A DNA stretch of 64,000 nucleotides, taken from the NCBI GenBank assembly GCA_963733375.1, contig CAVTDB010000020.1:15734-79733 (forward strand), in the 5' to 3' direction. The translations under genes and the position numbers were made by a program. Origin of the DNA: Nitrospirota bacterium. Lineage in GTDB: Bacteria > Nitrospirota > JACRHJ01. Shown in pieces: positions 37,770 through 49,179 of this stretch (position 1 is the stretch's first letter; each line of letters begins with the position of its first letter). The notes beneath the pieces were generated by a model that had not been told where the DNA came from, ran no database searches, and saw only the letters and a program-made list of their open reading frames with translations.

Positions 37770-40341
37770 TGGCTAAAGAGAAATCTGAAGAGAAGGCGGC
37801 AGACCTGTCCGAGTACCGGAGCAAACGCCATTTCGACAAAACACCCGAGCCTGAAGGAGGCAAGGCCGAGGCCGGAGTATTCGTCGTCCATAAACACGCC
37901 GCGAGCCACCTGCATTACGACTTCCGCATCAGCCTTGACGGCGTTTTGAAAAGCTGGGCGGTGCCGAAAGGCCCGTCGCTCGACCCGGCCGTAAAGCGCC
38001 TCGCCATGCACGTCGAGGACCATCCCTACGACTACAAGGATTTTGAGGGCACTATCCCGCAGGGAGAGTACGGCGGCGGCACTGTCATGGTCTGGGACAA
38101 AGGGACGTGGATACCCGACCACGACCCCCGCCTGATGTACGGCAAAGGCTCGATGAAATTTACCCTTCAGGGACAGAAGTTAAAAGGAAAATGGGCGCTT
38201 GTCCGGATGAAGAAAGTCTCCGAGAAGGAAGGGAAGGAGAGTTGGCTCCTCATAAAAGAGAAGGACGAGTACGCCCGGCCCGGAAGCGGCGACGAGCTGG
38301 TAAACGATAACCCGTTAAGCGCCGCGACCGGAAGAGAGCATGGACGAGATAGCCTCCGGCGCAAAACCTGAGAATCAAACGCCCGCCGATACCCCTAAAA
38401 AAAAAGCGGCGAAATAAAAGCCGTCGGCGGTAAAAAAGCGCCGATGCCGGAGATGATATACCCGCAACTCGCCACGCTGGTGGAAGAGCCGCCCGAAGGG
38501 GATGGGTGGCTCCACGAAATAAAGCTGGACGGATACCGCGTGCTGGCCCGCATGGAGAATAAGAAAACAATCCTTTACACCAGGCGGGGCAACGACTGGA
38601 CCGGCACATTCGCGCCCATAGCGAAGGCGGTATCGGAACTTCCGGCAAAGACGCTCTGGCTGGACGGTGAAGTGGTCGTGATAAAGCCAGACGGAAGGTC
38701 CAGCTTTCAGGACCTTCAGGACGCGTTGAGCCAGGGTAAGGATAACGAGTTGTCTTATTATATTTTTGATTTGATGTACCTGGACGGTCATGACCTGCGC
38801 GGCATTCCGTTGATTGACCGGAAAAAAATACTGGACGGGCTGCTGAATTCTGAAGGAAAACCGAAGGGCCCGTTATTTTACAGTGACCACGTCCTGGGTA
38901 GTGGCAGGGCTTTTTTCGACAACGCCTGCAAATTCAGGCTCGAAGGGATAATATCGAAAGCGGCCGATTCCAGCTTATGCCTCGGCACGCGCAAAGACAT
39001 GGCTGAAGATAAAGTGCGGACTGAGGCAGGAATTCGTAATCGGCGGTTATACCGAACCCGGCGGGTCCCGTACCGGCTTCGGGGCGCTCCTGCTGGGAGT
39101 TTACGATCCCGAAGGCAGGTTGCGCTTCAAAGGGCGGGTCGGGACGGGGTTTAATCAGAAGATGCTGGAAGAGATGTCTGAGCGCCTTAAGAAGCTTAAG
39201 ATAAAAGAACCTCCTTTTATAGACCCACCCGCGGGCGCCGGTGCAAAAGGGGTCAACTGGGTGAAGCCGGAGATGGTGGGAGAGGTGCGGTTTTCCGAAT
39301 GGACGAGGGATGGGGTCCTCCGCCAGCCGTCCTTCCTGGGGCTCCGGGAGGATAAGCCGCCAGGGCAGGTCACGCTTGAGAGCCCTGAACCAGCCGGGGA
39401 AGCGCGGAAAGAAATCAAAACGGACCCTGCAACCTGGCCGCCGGCAAAAAAGGAGATAGGCGGAGTCTTTCTGACAAATGCGGACAGGGTCCTTTACCCG
39501 GCGCAGGGCCTGACCAAGGGCGACCTCTGGCAGTACTACAAGCTGGTGGAAAAGCTTATACTCCCGCATGTCGCCGGACGGCCGCTTACGCTGGTGCGCT
39601 GTCCGGACGGAAGGCACGAGGACTGTTTTTTTCAGAAGCACGTAAGCGAGACAGTGCCGAAGGTGCTGGAGACGATACCGGTAAAGGAAGGCGGCGGCAT
39701 CGAGAGTTATATGGTCGTCGATTCGCCTGCGGGACTGGCCGCACTCGTCCAGATGGGCGTGCTGGAAATCCATACATGGAACTCCCGGAAGGAGAAACTC
39801 GAATACCCGGACCGGTTCGTGATGGATATAGACCCGGACGCGACAGTCGCCTGGGATAAAGTAGTCGAGGCGGCGGTAATTCTGCGGGAGAGGCTAAGCG
39901 AACTTGGCTTGACAAGCTTCCTGAAGACGACCGGCGGGAAAGGGCTTCACGTGGTGGTCCCGCTTGCGGCCAGGCAGGACTGGGAGGAAGTAAAGGCTTT
40001 TACCAGGGCGCTGGCTGAAGACATCGCGCGCCGCGCGCCGGATGCCTTTACCTCGAAAATGACCAAGGCGAGGCGGGTCGGCAGGATATTCGTGGACTAT
40101 ATGCGAAACATTCGGGGGGCCACGGCGGTGGAAGTCTATTCCACGCGGGCGAAGGCGAACGCGCCGGTCTCGGCCCCTGTCGAATGGGAGGAACTGGCCG
40201 ATGGAGTGCGCTCGGATTCCTTTAATATCAGGAATATGCCGGAGCCGGATAAAGAACCTGAAGAGAGACCCCTGGGAGGGTTTTTTCGGTATCAGACAGT
40301 CGATAACAAATACGGCGAAAAAAAAGCTGGGGATGGATTAA
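37769..40341 (+). CDS. ligD: NHEJ LigD (phosphoesterase - ATP ligase - primase/polymerase), several frameshifts
   Basis: PE 'HLHYDFR..LKSWAVPKGP', ligase 'EIKLDGYR', 'EGIISK', 'VGTGF', Pol 'DIDP..KTTGGKGLH..DYMRN'. Confidence 0.92.
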
Positions 40342-40382
40342 TGCTTGCAAATCCCGCTCCCCTGCCTTAAAATCCTTTTCTT

Positions 40383-41307
40383 ATGAAAATACTTATAACC
40401 GGCGGAGCGGGTTTCATAGGCTCCCATATAACAGACGCGGCTATCGACGCCGGGATGGAGGTGGTCATCATCGACAACCTCTTCACCGGCAAAAAAGAGA
40501 ACCTTAACCCCTGCGCGAAGTTCTATCTTGCCGACATCAGGCATAAAGACATCGCCGATATCTTCGCCGATGAAAAGCCCGACGTCGTCTGCCACCATGC
40601 GGCGCAGGTCAGCGTCCGCAATTCCGTCGAAGACCCCTGCCTGGACGCCGAAATAAACGTGGTCGGCTCCATCAACGTCATAGACAACTGCAAGAAGTTC
40701 GGCGTCAAAAAAATCGTTTTCGCTTCCTCCGGCGGAGCGATTTACGGAGAGCAGGAGAAGTTCCCGGCCCCGGAGGACCATCCCGCGCGGCCGGACAGCC
40801 CATACGGCGCCGCAAAGCTGTCCGTGGAGCACTACCTGTATATCTATAAAAAAGTATTCGGCTTAAAATATATAGCGCTGCGTTATTCCAACGTCTACGG
40901 CCCCAGGCAGGACCCGCATGGGGAGGCCGGAGTCGTCGCAATCTTCACCGGAAAAATGCTGTCCGGCCAGACGCCGTTTATAAACGGGGACGGAGGCCAG
41001 ACGAGGGATTACGTTTACGTAAAAGACGTCGTCCAGGCAAATATGCTGGCTTTTCAAAGTGACGCCGAAGGGCCTTTTAACGTCGGCACCGGCATCGAGA
41101 CGGACGTGAACCGGCTCTACGCGGCTTATCAGGGAGAGGACCGGCTACCAGGGAGGCAACGAGCACGGTCCGGCAAAGGCCGGGGAGCAATACAGGAGCG
41201 TGCTGGACTGCGCCAGTATTAAAAAAGGACTCGGCTGGGAGCCCAGGTTCAGCCTTGAGGATGGTCTTAAGGAGACGGTGGAGTTTTTCCGGAATAAAGC
41301 AATTTAG
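40383..41307 (+). CDS. NAD-dependent nucleotide-sugar epimerase (UDP-glucose 4-epimerase-like), 3' frameshift
   Basis: 'ITGGAGFIGSH', 'YGAAK', 'NVYGPRQ', 'TRDYVYV'. Confidence 0.9.
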
Positions 41308-41460
41308 TTGCTCCTTGAAAAAATCTAATAATCTGATATCATATTAGTATCGGCAGCCGGTGAGGCAGCGGTAGCGCCTTTCCGGCTTTTTACGTTAGCG
41401 GCTTCTGGGGTCAATCGGGTGGTTGTCCTTACAAAGCTTGACAAAAACAAGGAGACGAAA

Positions 41461-41785
41461 ATGGCGAACTAAGCTTTACGTGGGCAACCTGTCCTACAAG
41501 ACCTCTGAGGAAGATCTCCAGGAGCTCTTCTCACAGGCGGGTCAAGTAAGCTCCGTTAAGATTATAACTGACGGTTATTCGGGCCAGTCCAGGGGCTTCG
41601 GTTTTGTCGAAATGACGACGGACGAAGATGCCCAGAAGGCAGTCGAGATGTTCCACGGCAAGGAGTTTATGCAGAGAGAGCTTACCGTGAACGAGGCAAG
41701 GCCCCAGCAGAAAAGGGAATCCAGGGGCGGCTTCGGCGGCGGCGGCGGCAGAGGCGGCGGCGGTGGCGGCGGCGGCAGGAGATAA
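41461..41785 (+). CDS. RRM RNA-binding protein with Gly-rich tail
   Basis: RNP2 'LYVGNL' and RNP1 'RGFGFVEM'; ATG 41461 after AGGAG, one frameshift just after the start. Confidence 0.9.
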
Positions 41786-41808
41786 GCCTTGAGGCCATAA
41801 AGAATGAA

Positions 41809-41842
41809 GTTGCCTCCAGGGTGGTTTCCCTGGAGGTTTTTT
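41809..41842. terminator. Hairpin terminator between convergent genes
   Basis: CCTCCAGGG-TGGTTT-CCCTGGAGG followed by a T-run. Confidence 0.65.
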
Positions 41843-42369
41843 ATGCCTTTAGCGCCTTCTCGTACGCCTGGAATACCTCTTCTCCGAAACATACTACAAT
41901 AATTTCCTCCATTTCAGGGTGCGTCATCAAGGAAATCCCTCATCTCCCTGACCGCTATTTTCGAAGCGCGTTCCACCGGAAACCGGTACGCGCCAGTGCT
42001 GATGGATGGAAACGCTATCGTCCTGACCCCGTTTTCACAGGCCAGCGCCAGCGAGTTCCGGTAACAGTCCGCAAGCAGTTTATCCTCCTTCGACCCGGCT
42101 TCGAAGGAATCCCCGCCGCCTCCCCTCCAGATCGGGCCCACGGTATGTATCACGAACTTTGCAGGCAGGTCGTAGCCGCCGGTTATCCTGGCTTCGCCGG
42201 TCGGGCAGCCGCCAATCTTTTTGCATTCCCTGAGAAGCCCGGGGCCCGCCGCCCGGTGTATCGCGCCGTCCACCCCGCCGCCGCCCAAAAGCGTGCTGTT
42301 CGCGGCGTTCACGATGGCGTCCGCCTGGATTTTCGTAATATCTCCTTTTATCAGCTCGATTTTCCCCAT
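41841..42369 (-). CDS. Macrodomain O-acetyl-ADP-ribose deacetylase (YmdB-like)
   Basis: 'GDIT', '[18 protein letters not shown]', 'HTVGP', '[10 protein letters not shown]'; 3' frameshift. Confidence 0.92.
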
Positions 42370-42451
42370 TTTTTTTCACCCCTTATTGACACACGTATTT
42401 TACAGCGTTATCATTTAAATAGAAGTCCAACTTCTTCAAGGAGGCCTGCTA

Positions 42452-42895
42452 ATGGTAATCTCGCACATCCTGCACCCTACGGATTTCTCGGAAGGAGCGG
42501 GCGCTGCCTTAGATTATGCCAAGTCGCTCGCGAAACAGTATAACGCATCTCTGACGCTCTTGTACGTGATGAACGACATGAGACAGGGAGAAGGCTGGTA
42601 CGTCCCCCATATCTCCCTGGACAATTTCTTTGCCGAGATGGAGTCCGAGGCAAAGAAGAAGCTCGAGCATTACGTCTATGAAGAACTTCAGGACATAAAA
42701 AACGTAAATTCCGTGGTGACGGCAGGCGAGCCGGACGAGGAGATAGTGGACTACGCGAAGAAGAACGGCGTGGACTTAATCGTCATGGGGAGTTACAGCA
42801 AAAGCGGGATGGATTTCCTATTCGGCTCCACGGCGAGGAAGGTCCTGAAAAAGGCGGATTGCCCCATACTCTGCGTTAAAGTGCCTGCGGGGTGA
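42452..42895 (+). CDS. Universal stress protein
   Basis: 'ILHPTDFS', 'DLIVMGS', 'FGSTARKVL..ADCPIL'. Confidence 0.92.
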   Translation: MVISHILHPTDFSEGAGAALDYAKSLAKQYNASLTLLYVMNDMRQGEGWYVPHISLDNFFAEMESEAKKKLEHYVYEELQDIKNVNSVVTAGEPDEEIVDYAKKNGVDLIVMGSYSKSGMDFLFGSTARKVLKKADCPILCVKVPAG

Positions 42896-42927
42896 AGCCT
42901 TCTAGGCAATTAAAATGAGGAGGGACC

Positions 42928-43191
42928 ATGAAGCAAGGCGTTATGGGGAAACACACACTGACAGGCGGATTCAGGGAGGAAAGACCTAAAAACATAAAAG
43001 GAGAGCTTGCGCCGGAGCGTAAGAGCATCAAGGAGCATGTGACGAACCTTCTGAGCGAGACCGCCCGGACGATTTTAAATGCGCGGGCCATCCAGTTCCA
43101 GCGTCAGCTCCAGAAGTCGCACAGGCTTGGGAACTGGCTTGGGAAGTTCCACCCTTCAAAAAGCAAAAAAGGGATAAAAAGAAGCGAATAA
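42928..43191 (+). CDS. Small basic hypothetical protein
   Basis: SD GAGGAGG before ATG, followed by a terminator; no recognisable motif. Confidence 0.45.
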   Translation: MKQGVMGKHTLTGGFREERPKNIKGELAPERKSIKEHVTNLLSETARTILNARAIQFQRQLQKSHRLGNWLGKFHPSKSKKGIKRSE

Positions 43192-43195
43192 AAGT

Positions 43196-43227
43196 TAAAA
43201 CCCTCCTGTTTCGGGAGGGTTTTTTAA
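43196..43227 (+). terminator. Intrinsic terminator
   Basis: AAAACCCTCC-TGTTTCG-GGAGGGTTTTTT. Confidence 0.75.
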
Positions 43228-43345
43228 TTCCTGTACTTAATGTAATACCTGCTGACTTCTGCCCCCTGGCCCCCTACTCCCGTTTTTTTGGAGTTTGACC
43301 TTGACAATGGGCTCCCGATATAATAAATTATGCGTCTTGCCGCAT

Positions 43346-43421
43346 GGTCCCTTCGTCTAGCGGTCTAGGACGACGGCCTCTCACGCCGTTAACATGGGTT
43401 CGAGTCCCATAGGGATCACCA
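43346..43421 (+). tRNA. tRNA-Glu(CTC)
   Basis: Acceptor GGTCCCT/AGGGATC, D-arm GTCTAGCGGTCTAGGAC, anticodon arm ACGGC-CT-CTC-AC-GCCGT, T-loop TTCGAGT, encoded CCA. Confidence 0.95.
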
Positions 43422-43538
43422 AATACTTTCTACAATCCTTTGAACATCCAGTAGTTTCTTCTCATTTTATAAAACAGTGTCGTCCAAATATTGCCTATCA
43501 CTTTGCCAGTCTATCAAGTGATGCATAGCCTGAGCATT

Positions 43539-44784
43539 TCATAAACCCGCCTCGTCTCCATCCGGGGAAGAAAATACTGGAAGAGAAGGCCCGAAATCGG
43601 GCAGAAATGCTGCGAGGAGACCGAGCAGCGGGAGGAAGGAACATACCCGGTAGACATATTCGATCCCGTACAAGTCTGCCACTTTGCCGAGAACCGCCGC
43701 ACCCATGCCGCCTATGCCGAACGCGATCCCGAAGAAGAGTCCGGAAACCATCCCAACCTTGCCTGGGAGGAGTTCCTGCGCATAGACCAAAATCGCTGAA
43801 AAAGCCGACGATAATATGAGGCCGATGATTATGGTCAAAACCCCCGTCCAGGCCAGACTCACATAAGGCAATATCATGGTAAAAGGCGCGGCTCCAAGGA
43901 TTGAGACCCAGATTACTCGCTTGCGGCCGATGCGGTCACCCACGGGGCCGCCCAGAACGGTTCCCAACGCTACGGCGAACAGGAACATGAAAAGGTGAAC
44001 ATCCGCAGATTTCATCGAAAGATGGAATTTTTGCATCAAGTAGAAAGTGAAATAGCTGTTCATGCTGGAAAGATAAACAAACTTCGACAACATCAATATC
44101 AAAAGAATAATCATCGGAAACGCCACCGCGTGGGACGGGCGGTTGGAGGCGACTTTGGAGGCCGTCTTTATCGACTGCATATGCCGGCGCTTGTACCAGC
44201 GTCCCACCCGCAACAACACTATCAAGGCCGCCGCGGCCGCAAATGAAAACCAGACCAGACTGCCTCGACCCATTGGAAGGATAATACAGGCAGCCAGCAA
44301 CGGTCCCACGGCTGTGCCCGCATTTCCACCGACCTGAAAAATTGATTGGGCCAGCCCGAAGCGTCCCCCGGATGCCATTCGCGCCACCCTGGAGGATTCC
44401 GGGTGGAAGATTGAGGAACCCGCACCTACCAGGGCCGCGCCCACGAGCAGTATGCTGTAAGTGGGCGCCAAGGCAAGCACAAAAAGCCCCATCAGGGTCG
44501 AACCCATTCCGATGGAAAGAAAATAGGGCATCGGGTGACGGTCCGTGTAAAGCCCGACAAAGGGTTGCAACATCGAGGCCGTGATCTGATACGTTAACGT
44601 TATCAGTCCGATTTGTGCAAAGCTGAGGTGAAAGGTAGCCTTTCAGCAGCGGATAGATCGCAAGGATCAGAGACTGGAGCATATCGTTCAGAAAGTGCGA
44701 TACGCTGATCGCGCCCAACATCCCGAAGACGGTTCCTTCAGAGTGCGAAGATGTTGCGGTGAAACCTTTGTTTTTATTGTCCAT
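43539..44784 (-). CDS. fsr: MFS transporter, Fsr (fosmidomycin resistance) family; frameshift near 44630
   Basis: 'SHFLNDMLQSLI', 'FHPESSRVAR', 'AQSIFQVGGNAG', 'GDRIGRKRVIWVSILG', 'YAQELLPG'. Confidence 0.85.
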
Positions 44785-44880
44785 GTTAATTTGTAACACC
44801 CATATTTTAACGCTTATGAAGTTCTCATGTCCATAAAAATGAACTCGCAAAAGTCATTTTCAGAAATCCGCCGAAAGGGT

Positions 44881-47031
44881 TTAATGCGGCAGGTCCTTTT
44901 TATTTCCCTTCATCGAGAGCGATATCCGGTTCCTCTTCACGTCCACTTCAAGCACCGTCACCGTTACCCTCTGCCCTACTTTTACCACGTCCGCCGGGTT
45001 CTTGACGAACCTGTCGGCAAGCTGGCTTATATGCACGAGGCCGTCCTGGTGCACGCCTATATCGACAAAAGCGCCGAACGCGGTAATGTTCGTCACCACG
45101 CCGGGAAGCCTCATGCCGGTCTCTACATCGGTTATCTTCTCGATCCCTTCCGCAAAACTGACGGACTCAAACTGCCGGCGCGGGTCGCGCCCCGGCTTTG
45201 CAAGCTCGTCAATTATATCTTTCAGTGTCGGGATGCCTGTCTTGTCGCTGACGTACTTCTTGATGTCGATTTTCTTCCGAAGCTCCGCGTCCCTCATAAG
45301 GTCGGCGACCGTGGAATCCAGGTCCCTGGCCATCGCCTCCACCACCGGGTAGCTCTCCGGGTGCACGGCGCTGCCGTCGAGAGGGTTCCCCGCATCCCTT
45401 ATCCGGAGGAACCCGGCCGCCTGCTCGAAGGCCTTCGGGCCCAGGCGCGGAACGCTTTTAAGTTGTTCGCGTAACTGGAACGGGCCGTTTTCGTTCCTGT
45501 AATCCACAATGTTCTGCGCAAGCTGCGGGCCAAGTCCGGACACGTAGGTGAGAAGCTCCGGGCTTGCCGTATTCGCCTCTACGCCGACCGCGTTCACGCA
45601 GCTCATTACGACATCGTCAAGGCTCTTCTTAAGGGCGTTCTGGTCCACGTCGTGCTGGTACTGGCCTACGCCGATAGATTTCGGGTCTATCTTGACCAGT
45701 TCCGCGAGCGGGTCCATAAGCCGCCTTCCTATGGATACGGCGCCCCGCACGGTGATGTCGTGGTCCGGGAATTCCCGGCGCGCGGTCTCCGAGGCCGAGT
45801 ATATGGACGCGCCGCTCTCGTTGACCATGACTATCTTTATAGAGCCTGGCAGTCCGAGCCCGCGCAGGAAGGTCTCCGTCTCGCGCCCCGCGGTCCCGTT
45901 GCCGACAGCTATCACCTCTATATTGAATTTTTCGCAAAGCGCGCGTACCTTCGCCGCGGATTCGTCCTTGGCCCTCTCGGACATTGTCGGGTAGATAACG
46001 TCGTGATGCAGAAGCTGACCCTGCCTGTCGAGACATACTACCTTGCAGCCCGTGCGGAAGCCCGGGTCTATCGCCAGGACGTTCTTCTGCCCGAGAGGCG
46101 GGGACAGAAGGAGCTGGCGCAGGTTTTCGGCAAAGACCGCTATCGCCTCCGCCTCCGCCTTTTTCTTTGCCTGAAGACGCGTTTCCGTCTCCATGGAGAG
46201 GGACAACAGCCGCTTATAACTGTCCTGCACGGCAAGCCGCACCTGTTCCGAATCCGCGCCGCTCCCTTTCACGAAAAGCCCTTCCAGGATGGACACCGCC
46301 TCCTCTTCCGGCGGGGCTATCTGCAGGGCAAGGAAGCTTTCGTTCTCGCCGCGTCTCATCGCGAGTACCCGGTGCGAAGGGGCGGAAGATACCGGCTCTT
46401 CCCAATCGAAGTAATCCCGGTATTTTGCGCCCTCGTCCTCCTTGCCCTTAAGCACCTTTGAGCGAAGCAGTCCCTTCGAGTTAAAAAGTGCGCGCATCCT
46501 CTCGCGTGCCGCATGGTCCTCGCTTACCATCTCCGCGATAATATCCCTCGCCCCGGCAAGCGCCTCGTCGGCACTACTGACGCCCTTATCGGGGTCTATA
46601 AAAGAAGCGGCCAGGGCCAGCGGCTCCACTCCATCCTGCGCAAGGATACGCTCCGCCAGGGGGAGAAGACCCTTCTCCTTTGCCATCGTGGCCCGGGTAC
46701 GCCGCTTCGGCCTGTAAGGCAGGTATATGTCCTCCAGCGCGCGGTAGCCCTCCGCGGCATTGACTGCGGCCTTCAGCTCGTCGGTCAGGACTCCCTGTTC
46801 CTCCAGGGATTTAAATATCGCGGCGCGCCGTTTGTCGAGTTCGGCAAGCTGGGCCAGCCTGTCCCTGATTCCGGCAATGGCGACCTCGTCAAGCGAGCCT
46901 GTAGCCTCTTTCCTGTATCTTGCTATGAACGGGACGGTAGCCCCTTCTTCAATCAGCGCGGCGGCGGCCTGGACCTGACGAAAGCCAAGACTTAGCTCGG
47001 CCGCAATATGTTCGACATATTTATTTTCCAA
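44881..47031 (-). CDS. tex: Tex transcription accessory protein
   Basis: 'GATVPFIARYRKE', 'IDPGFRTGCK', 'ESGASIYSAS', 'IGVGQYQHDV', S1 'FGAFVDIGVHQDGLVH'. Confidence 0.96.
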   Translation of the reverse strand: MENKYVEHIAAELSLGFRQVQAAAALIEEGATVPFIARYRKEATGSLDEVAIAGIRDRLAQLAELDKRRAAIFKSLEEQGVLTDELKAAVNAAEGYRALEDIYLPYRPKRRTRATMAKEKGLLPLAERILAQDGVEPLALAASFIDPDKGVSSADEALAGARDIIAEMVSEDHAARERMRALFNSKGLLRSKVLKGKEDEGAKYRDYFDWEEPVSSAPSHRVLAMRRGENESFLALQIAPPEEEAVSILEGLFVKGSGADSEQVRLAVQDSYKRLLSLSMETETRLQAKKKAEAEAIAVFAENLRQLLLSPPLGQKNVLAIDPGFRTGCKVVCLDRQGQLLHHDVIYPTMSERAKDESAAKVRALCEKFNIEVIAVGNGTAGRETETFLRGLGLPGSIKIVMVNESGASIYSASETARREFPDHDITVRGAVSIGRRLMDPLAELVKIDPKSIGVGQYQHDVDQNALKKSLDDVVMSCVNAVGVEANTASPELLTYVSGLGPQLAQNIVDYRNENGPFQLREQLKSVPRLGPKAFEQAAGFLRIRDAGNPLDGSAVHPESYPVVEAMARDLDSTVADLMRDAELRKKIDIKKYVSDKTGIPTLKDIIDELAKPGRDPRRQFESVSFAEGIEKITDVETGMRLPGVVTNITAFGAFVDIGVHQDGLVHISQLADRFVKNPADVVKVGQRVTVTVLEVDVKRNRISLSMKGNKKDLPH

Positions 47032-47161
47032 AATATCTCCTTGGGTAAGACTATAGGAAAAAGAAGGAGATTATACAGTAAATTTAATAGAATTCATGAG
47101 AAAAGAGTAAGGCGTGTTCACAAAGGTTGTCGAGTCAAGCAAAGATGGCCTTCGCTTGATT

Positions 47162-48514
47162 TTACGCGCATGCGCCCTTCTTGACCGCACACGAAAAGTA
47201 ATCGTTAATTTCTTTGAAAATTTCTCTAAGCCTGATAAGAGGCACTTCGCAGTAGCTCCGGTCGGCATCGGTAAAGTGGATGCCGCCGAGCTTCGTATTC
47301 GGGGTAAGCTTTCCCTCCTTAAGCAGCATGTCATAGAGGTCGCTCCCCGGCAGCGGGACGAAAATACTGAATGAATACCTGTCCAGGTCAAGCTCCTTCG
47401 CAAGCCTGAACGTGTCGGATATGTCCTTCTCGGTCTCGCCCGGTACGCCTATCATAAAGAAGCCGGATACCTTGACGTAACGCTTCGCGGTCTCTACCGC
47501 ATTCCTTATCTGTTCTACCGTTATTCTTTTATTCAGCGCGTCGAGCGTTTTCTGGGAGCCGGACTCGATTCCCAGGTCCACCTGCACCAGCCCGGCGTCC
47601 TTCATAAGACCCAGCATCTCCCCGTCAACCAGGTCCACGCGGGTATTCATCTGCCATTTCATATCGAGGCCGCGCGCAAGAAGTCCTTTGCAGAACTTCT
47701 TCACCCAGTCGCGCTTCAGGTCGAATATGCTGTCTTTGAACCAGATGCCGTCTATTTTAAATTTCTCCTTCAGGGCCTGCATCTCGTCGATAGCGGCCGC
47801 CGGTTCCTTTATCCGGTATTTCCTGCCCATCGCGCCTTCGACCGCGCAGAAGGCGCAGTGGTACGGGCAGCCCCTGGATACGAGCATCGAAAGGCCGCTG
47901 ATGCCCCTGAGCCTGCGGTTGTATTCGATGTACCGCTCTGCCGGGAAGGACCCGTAATCCGCCATCGGGAGCTCGTCAAGCGGGTCAATACCCTTCGCCT
48001 TTGCCTTGATGACGGGCCTTTCGTCCTTCAGATAACAGAGCCCGTCGATATCTGCCGGCGGCTTGCCCTGGACAAGCTCCAGCATCGGCCTTTCGCCCTC
48101 CCCCCGGATTACGTAATCTACCGGCGCTTCCTCAAAGACCGGCTCCGGCATGATGGTCGGATGCACGCCGCCCATCACGATCTTCGCCTGCGGCAGGACC
48201 TCCCTTACGAACTTGGCGAGCCTGAGCGCGGACGGGTATGTGGGCGTCATGGCGGTAATGCCGACAAGGTCCGGCCTGTCTTTTTTCAGCCTGGCCCGAA
48301 GCTCTCCATCCGTCATGTCGAGCGCCTGAAGGTCTATAAGCCCGGCCTGCTCCCCGTGCTTCTTCAGGTACGCGACGAGGTTCGCAAGCCCCAGTGGCGG
48401 CTCGAACGGGTGGACGTACATATTCCCCGTCTCAATCCAATCCCTGTATCTGACGTACCGCCCCTTCATCTCGTCCGGGGACAGATACTGGGGGTTTAAG
48501 AGCAGGACCTTCAT
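47162..48514 (-). CDS. Cobalamin-binding radical SAM enzyme
   Basis: B12-binding domain 'PPLGL..GGVHPT..GEGE', radical SAM 'SRGCPYHCAFC', 'GIESGS', 'PLPGS'. Confidence 0.92.
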   Translation of the reverse strand: MKVLLLNPQYLSPDEMKGRYVRYRDWIETGNMYVHPFEPPLGLANLVAYLKKHGEQAGLIDLQALDMTDGELRARLKKDRPDLVGITAMTPTYPSALRLAKFVREVLPQAKIVMGGVHPTIMPEPVFEEAPVDYVIRGEGERPMLELVQGKPPADIDGLCYLKDERPVIKAKAKGIDPLDELPMADYGSFPAERYIEYNRRLRGISGLSMLVSRGCPYHCAFCAVEGAMGRKYRIKEPAAAIDEMQALKEKFKIDGIWFKDSIFDLKRDWVKKFCKGLLARGLDMKWQMNTRVDLVDGEMLGLMKDAGLVQVDLGIESGSQKTLDALNKRITVEQIRNAVETAKRYVKVSGFFMIGVPGETEKDISDTFRLAKELDLDRYSFSIFVPLPGSDLYDMLLKEGKLTPNTKLGGIHFTDADRSYCEVPLIRLREIFKEINDYFSCAVKKGACA

Positions 48515-49179
48515 AGCTTTCTCCCGAGGAATACATGAAACATATTCCTTAAATTTTCGTAGCCCACGGTGTATTCCGTGTGCTCAAGCTCCGTCTCGTA
48601 GAACTGGAGGGTTTCCATGCCTTCGCTTAAAAGCTGCCTTGCTTCTTCGGCGCTGAAGAAATGATAGATGAGCCCTTCAAGAGAGCCGCCGCCCATTACG
48701 AAGGTATTGGGCTCTATCTCGGTGCCGGTCTGCCTGCCGATTTCGTAGAGAGTGTTGGCCGTCGAGCGGAGGCTGCAATAAAAAAAACCACCCGGTTTCA
48801 GTATCCGTTTTATCTCCGAGATGGTCTGCAAAATGGCGCCCCGGCGCGCTAAATGAACGACACGCCAGGAAATTATGACATCAAAAGCGTTTGTTTTGAA
48901 CGGCAGGCAAGCCATGTCCGCCCTCAGCAGACACCCTTTCCTTGGCGACGCCAGCTGTGCGCTTTTGACCGCCTTCTTCGAGATATCTATCCCGACTATC
49001 CGGAAGCCGTGCGTCCCGAGATGCCGGAAATGCCTGCCCAGGCCGCAGCCTAAGTCGAGCACGCGGTCTACCCCCGCCGCCTTGAAGAACGGCACAAGTT
49101 CCGTGACGTGGCTGTCGGGAGTTTCGAGCTTGTACCCGCAGCCCAGCACGTCGTCCCATGTCTTGCCGTTAGCGGACAT
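48511..49179 (-). CDS. Class I SAM-dependent methyltransferase
   Basis: 'VLDLGCGLGRH', 'GIDIS', 'LPF..NAFD', 'RILKPGG'; likely ATG 49179. Confidence 0.88.
   Translation of the reverse strand: MSANGKTWDDVLGCGYKLETPDSHVTELVPFFKAAGVDRVLDLGCGLGRHFRHLGTHGFRIVGIDISKKAVKSAQLASPRKGCLLRADMACLPFKTNAFDVIISWRVVHLARRGAILQTISEIKRILKPGGFFYCSLRSTANTLYEIGRQTGTEIEPNTFVMGGGSLEGLIYHFFSAEEARQLLSEGMETLQFYETELEHTEYTVGYENLRNMFHVFLGRKL

Noticed and set aside
41725-41780. (GGC)n microsatellite
   Set aside because: Encodes the ordinary Gly-rich tail of RRM proteins.
43248-43282. Short CTG(A/C/G)C(C/T)(C/T) heptamer-like repeats before the tRNA-Glu promoter
   Set aside because: Only three to four degenerate units; too weak to call.
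34469-43421. Integrative island bounded by tRNA-Cys and tRNA-Glu
   Set aside because: No integrase and no duplicated tRNA 3' end found; the right half contains ordinary housekeeping genes.
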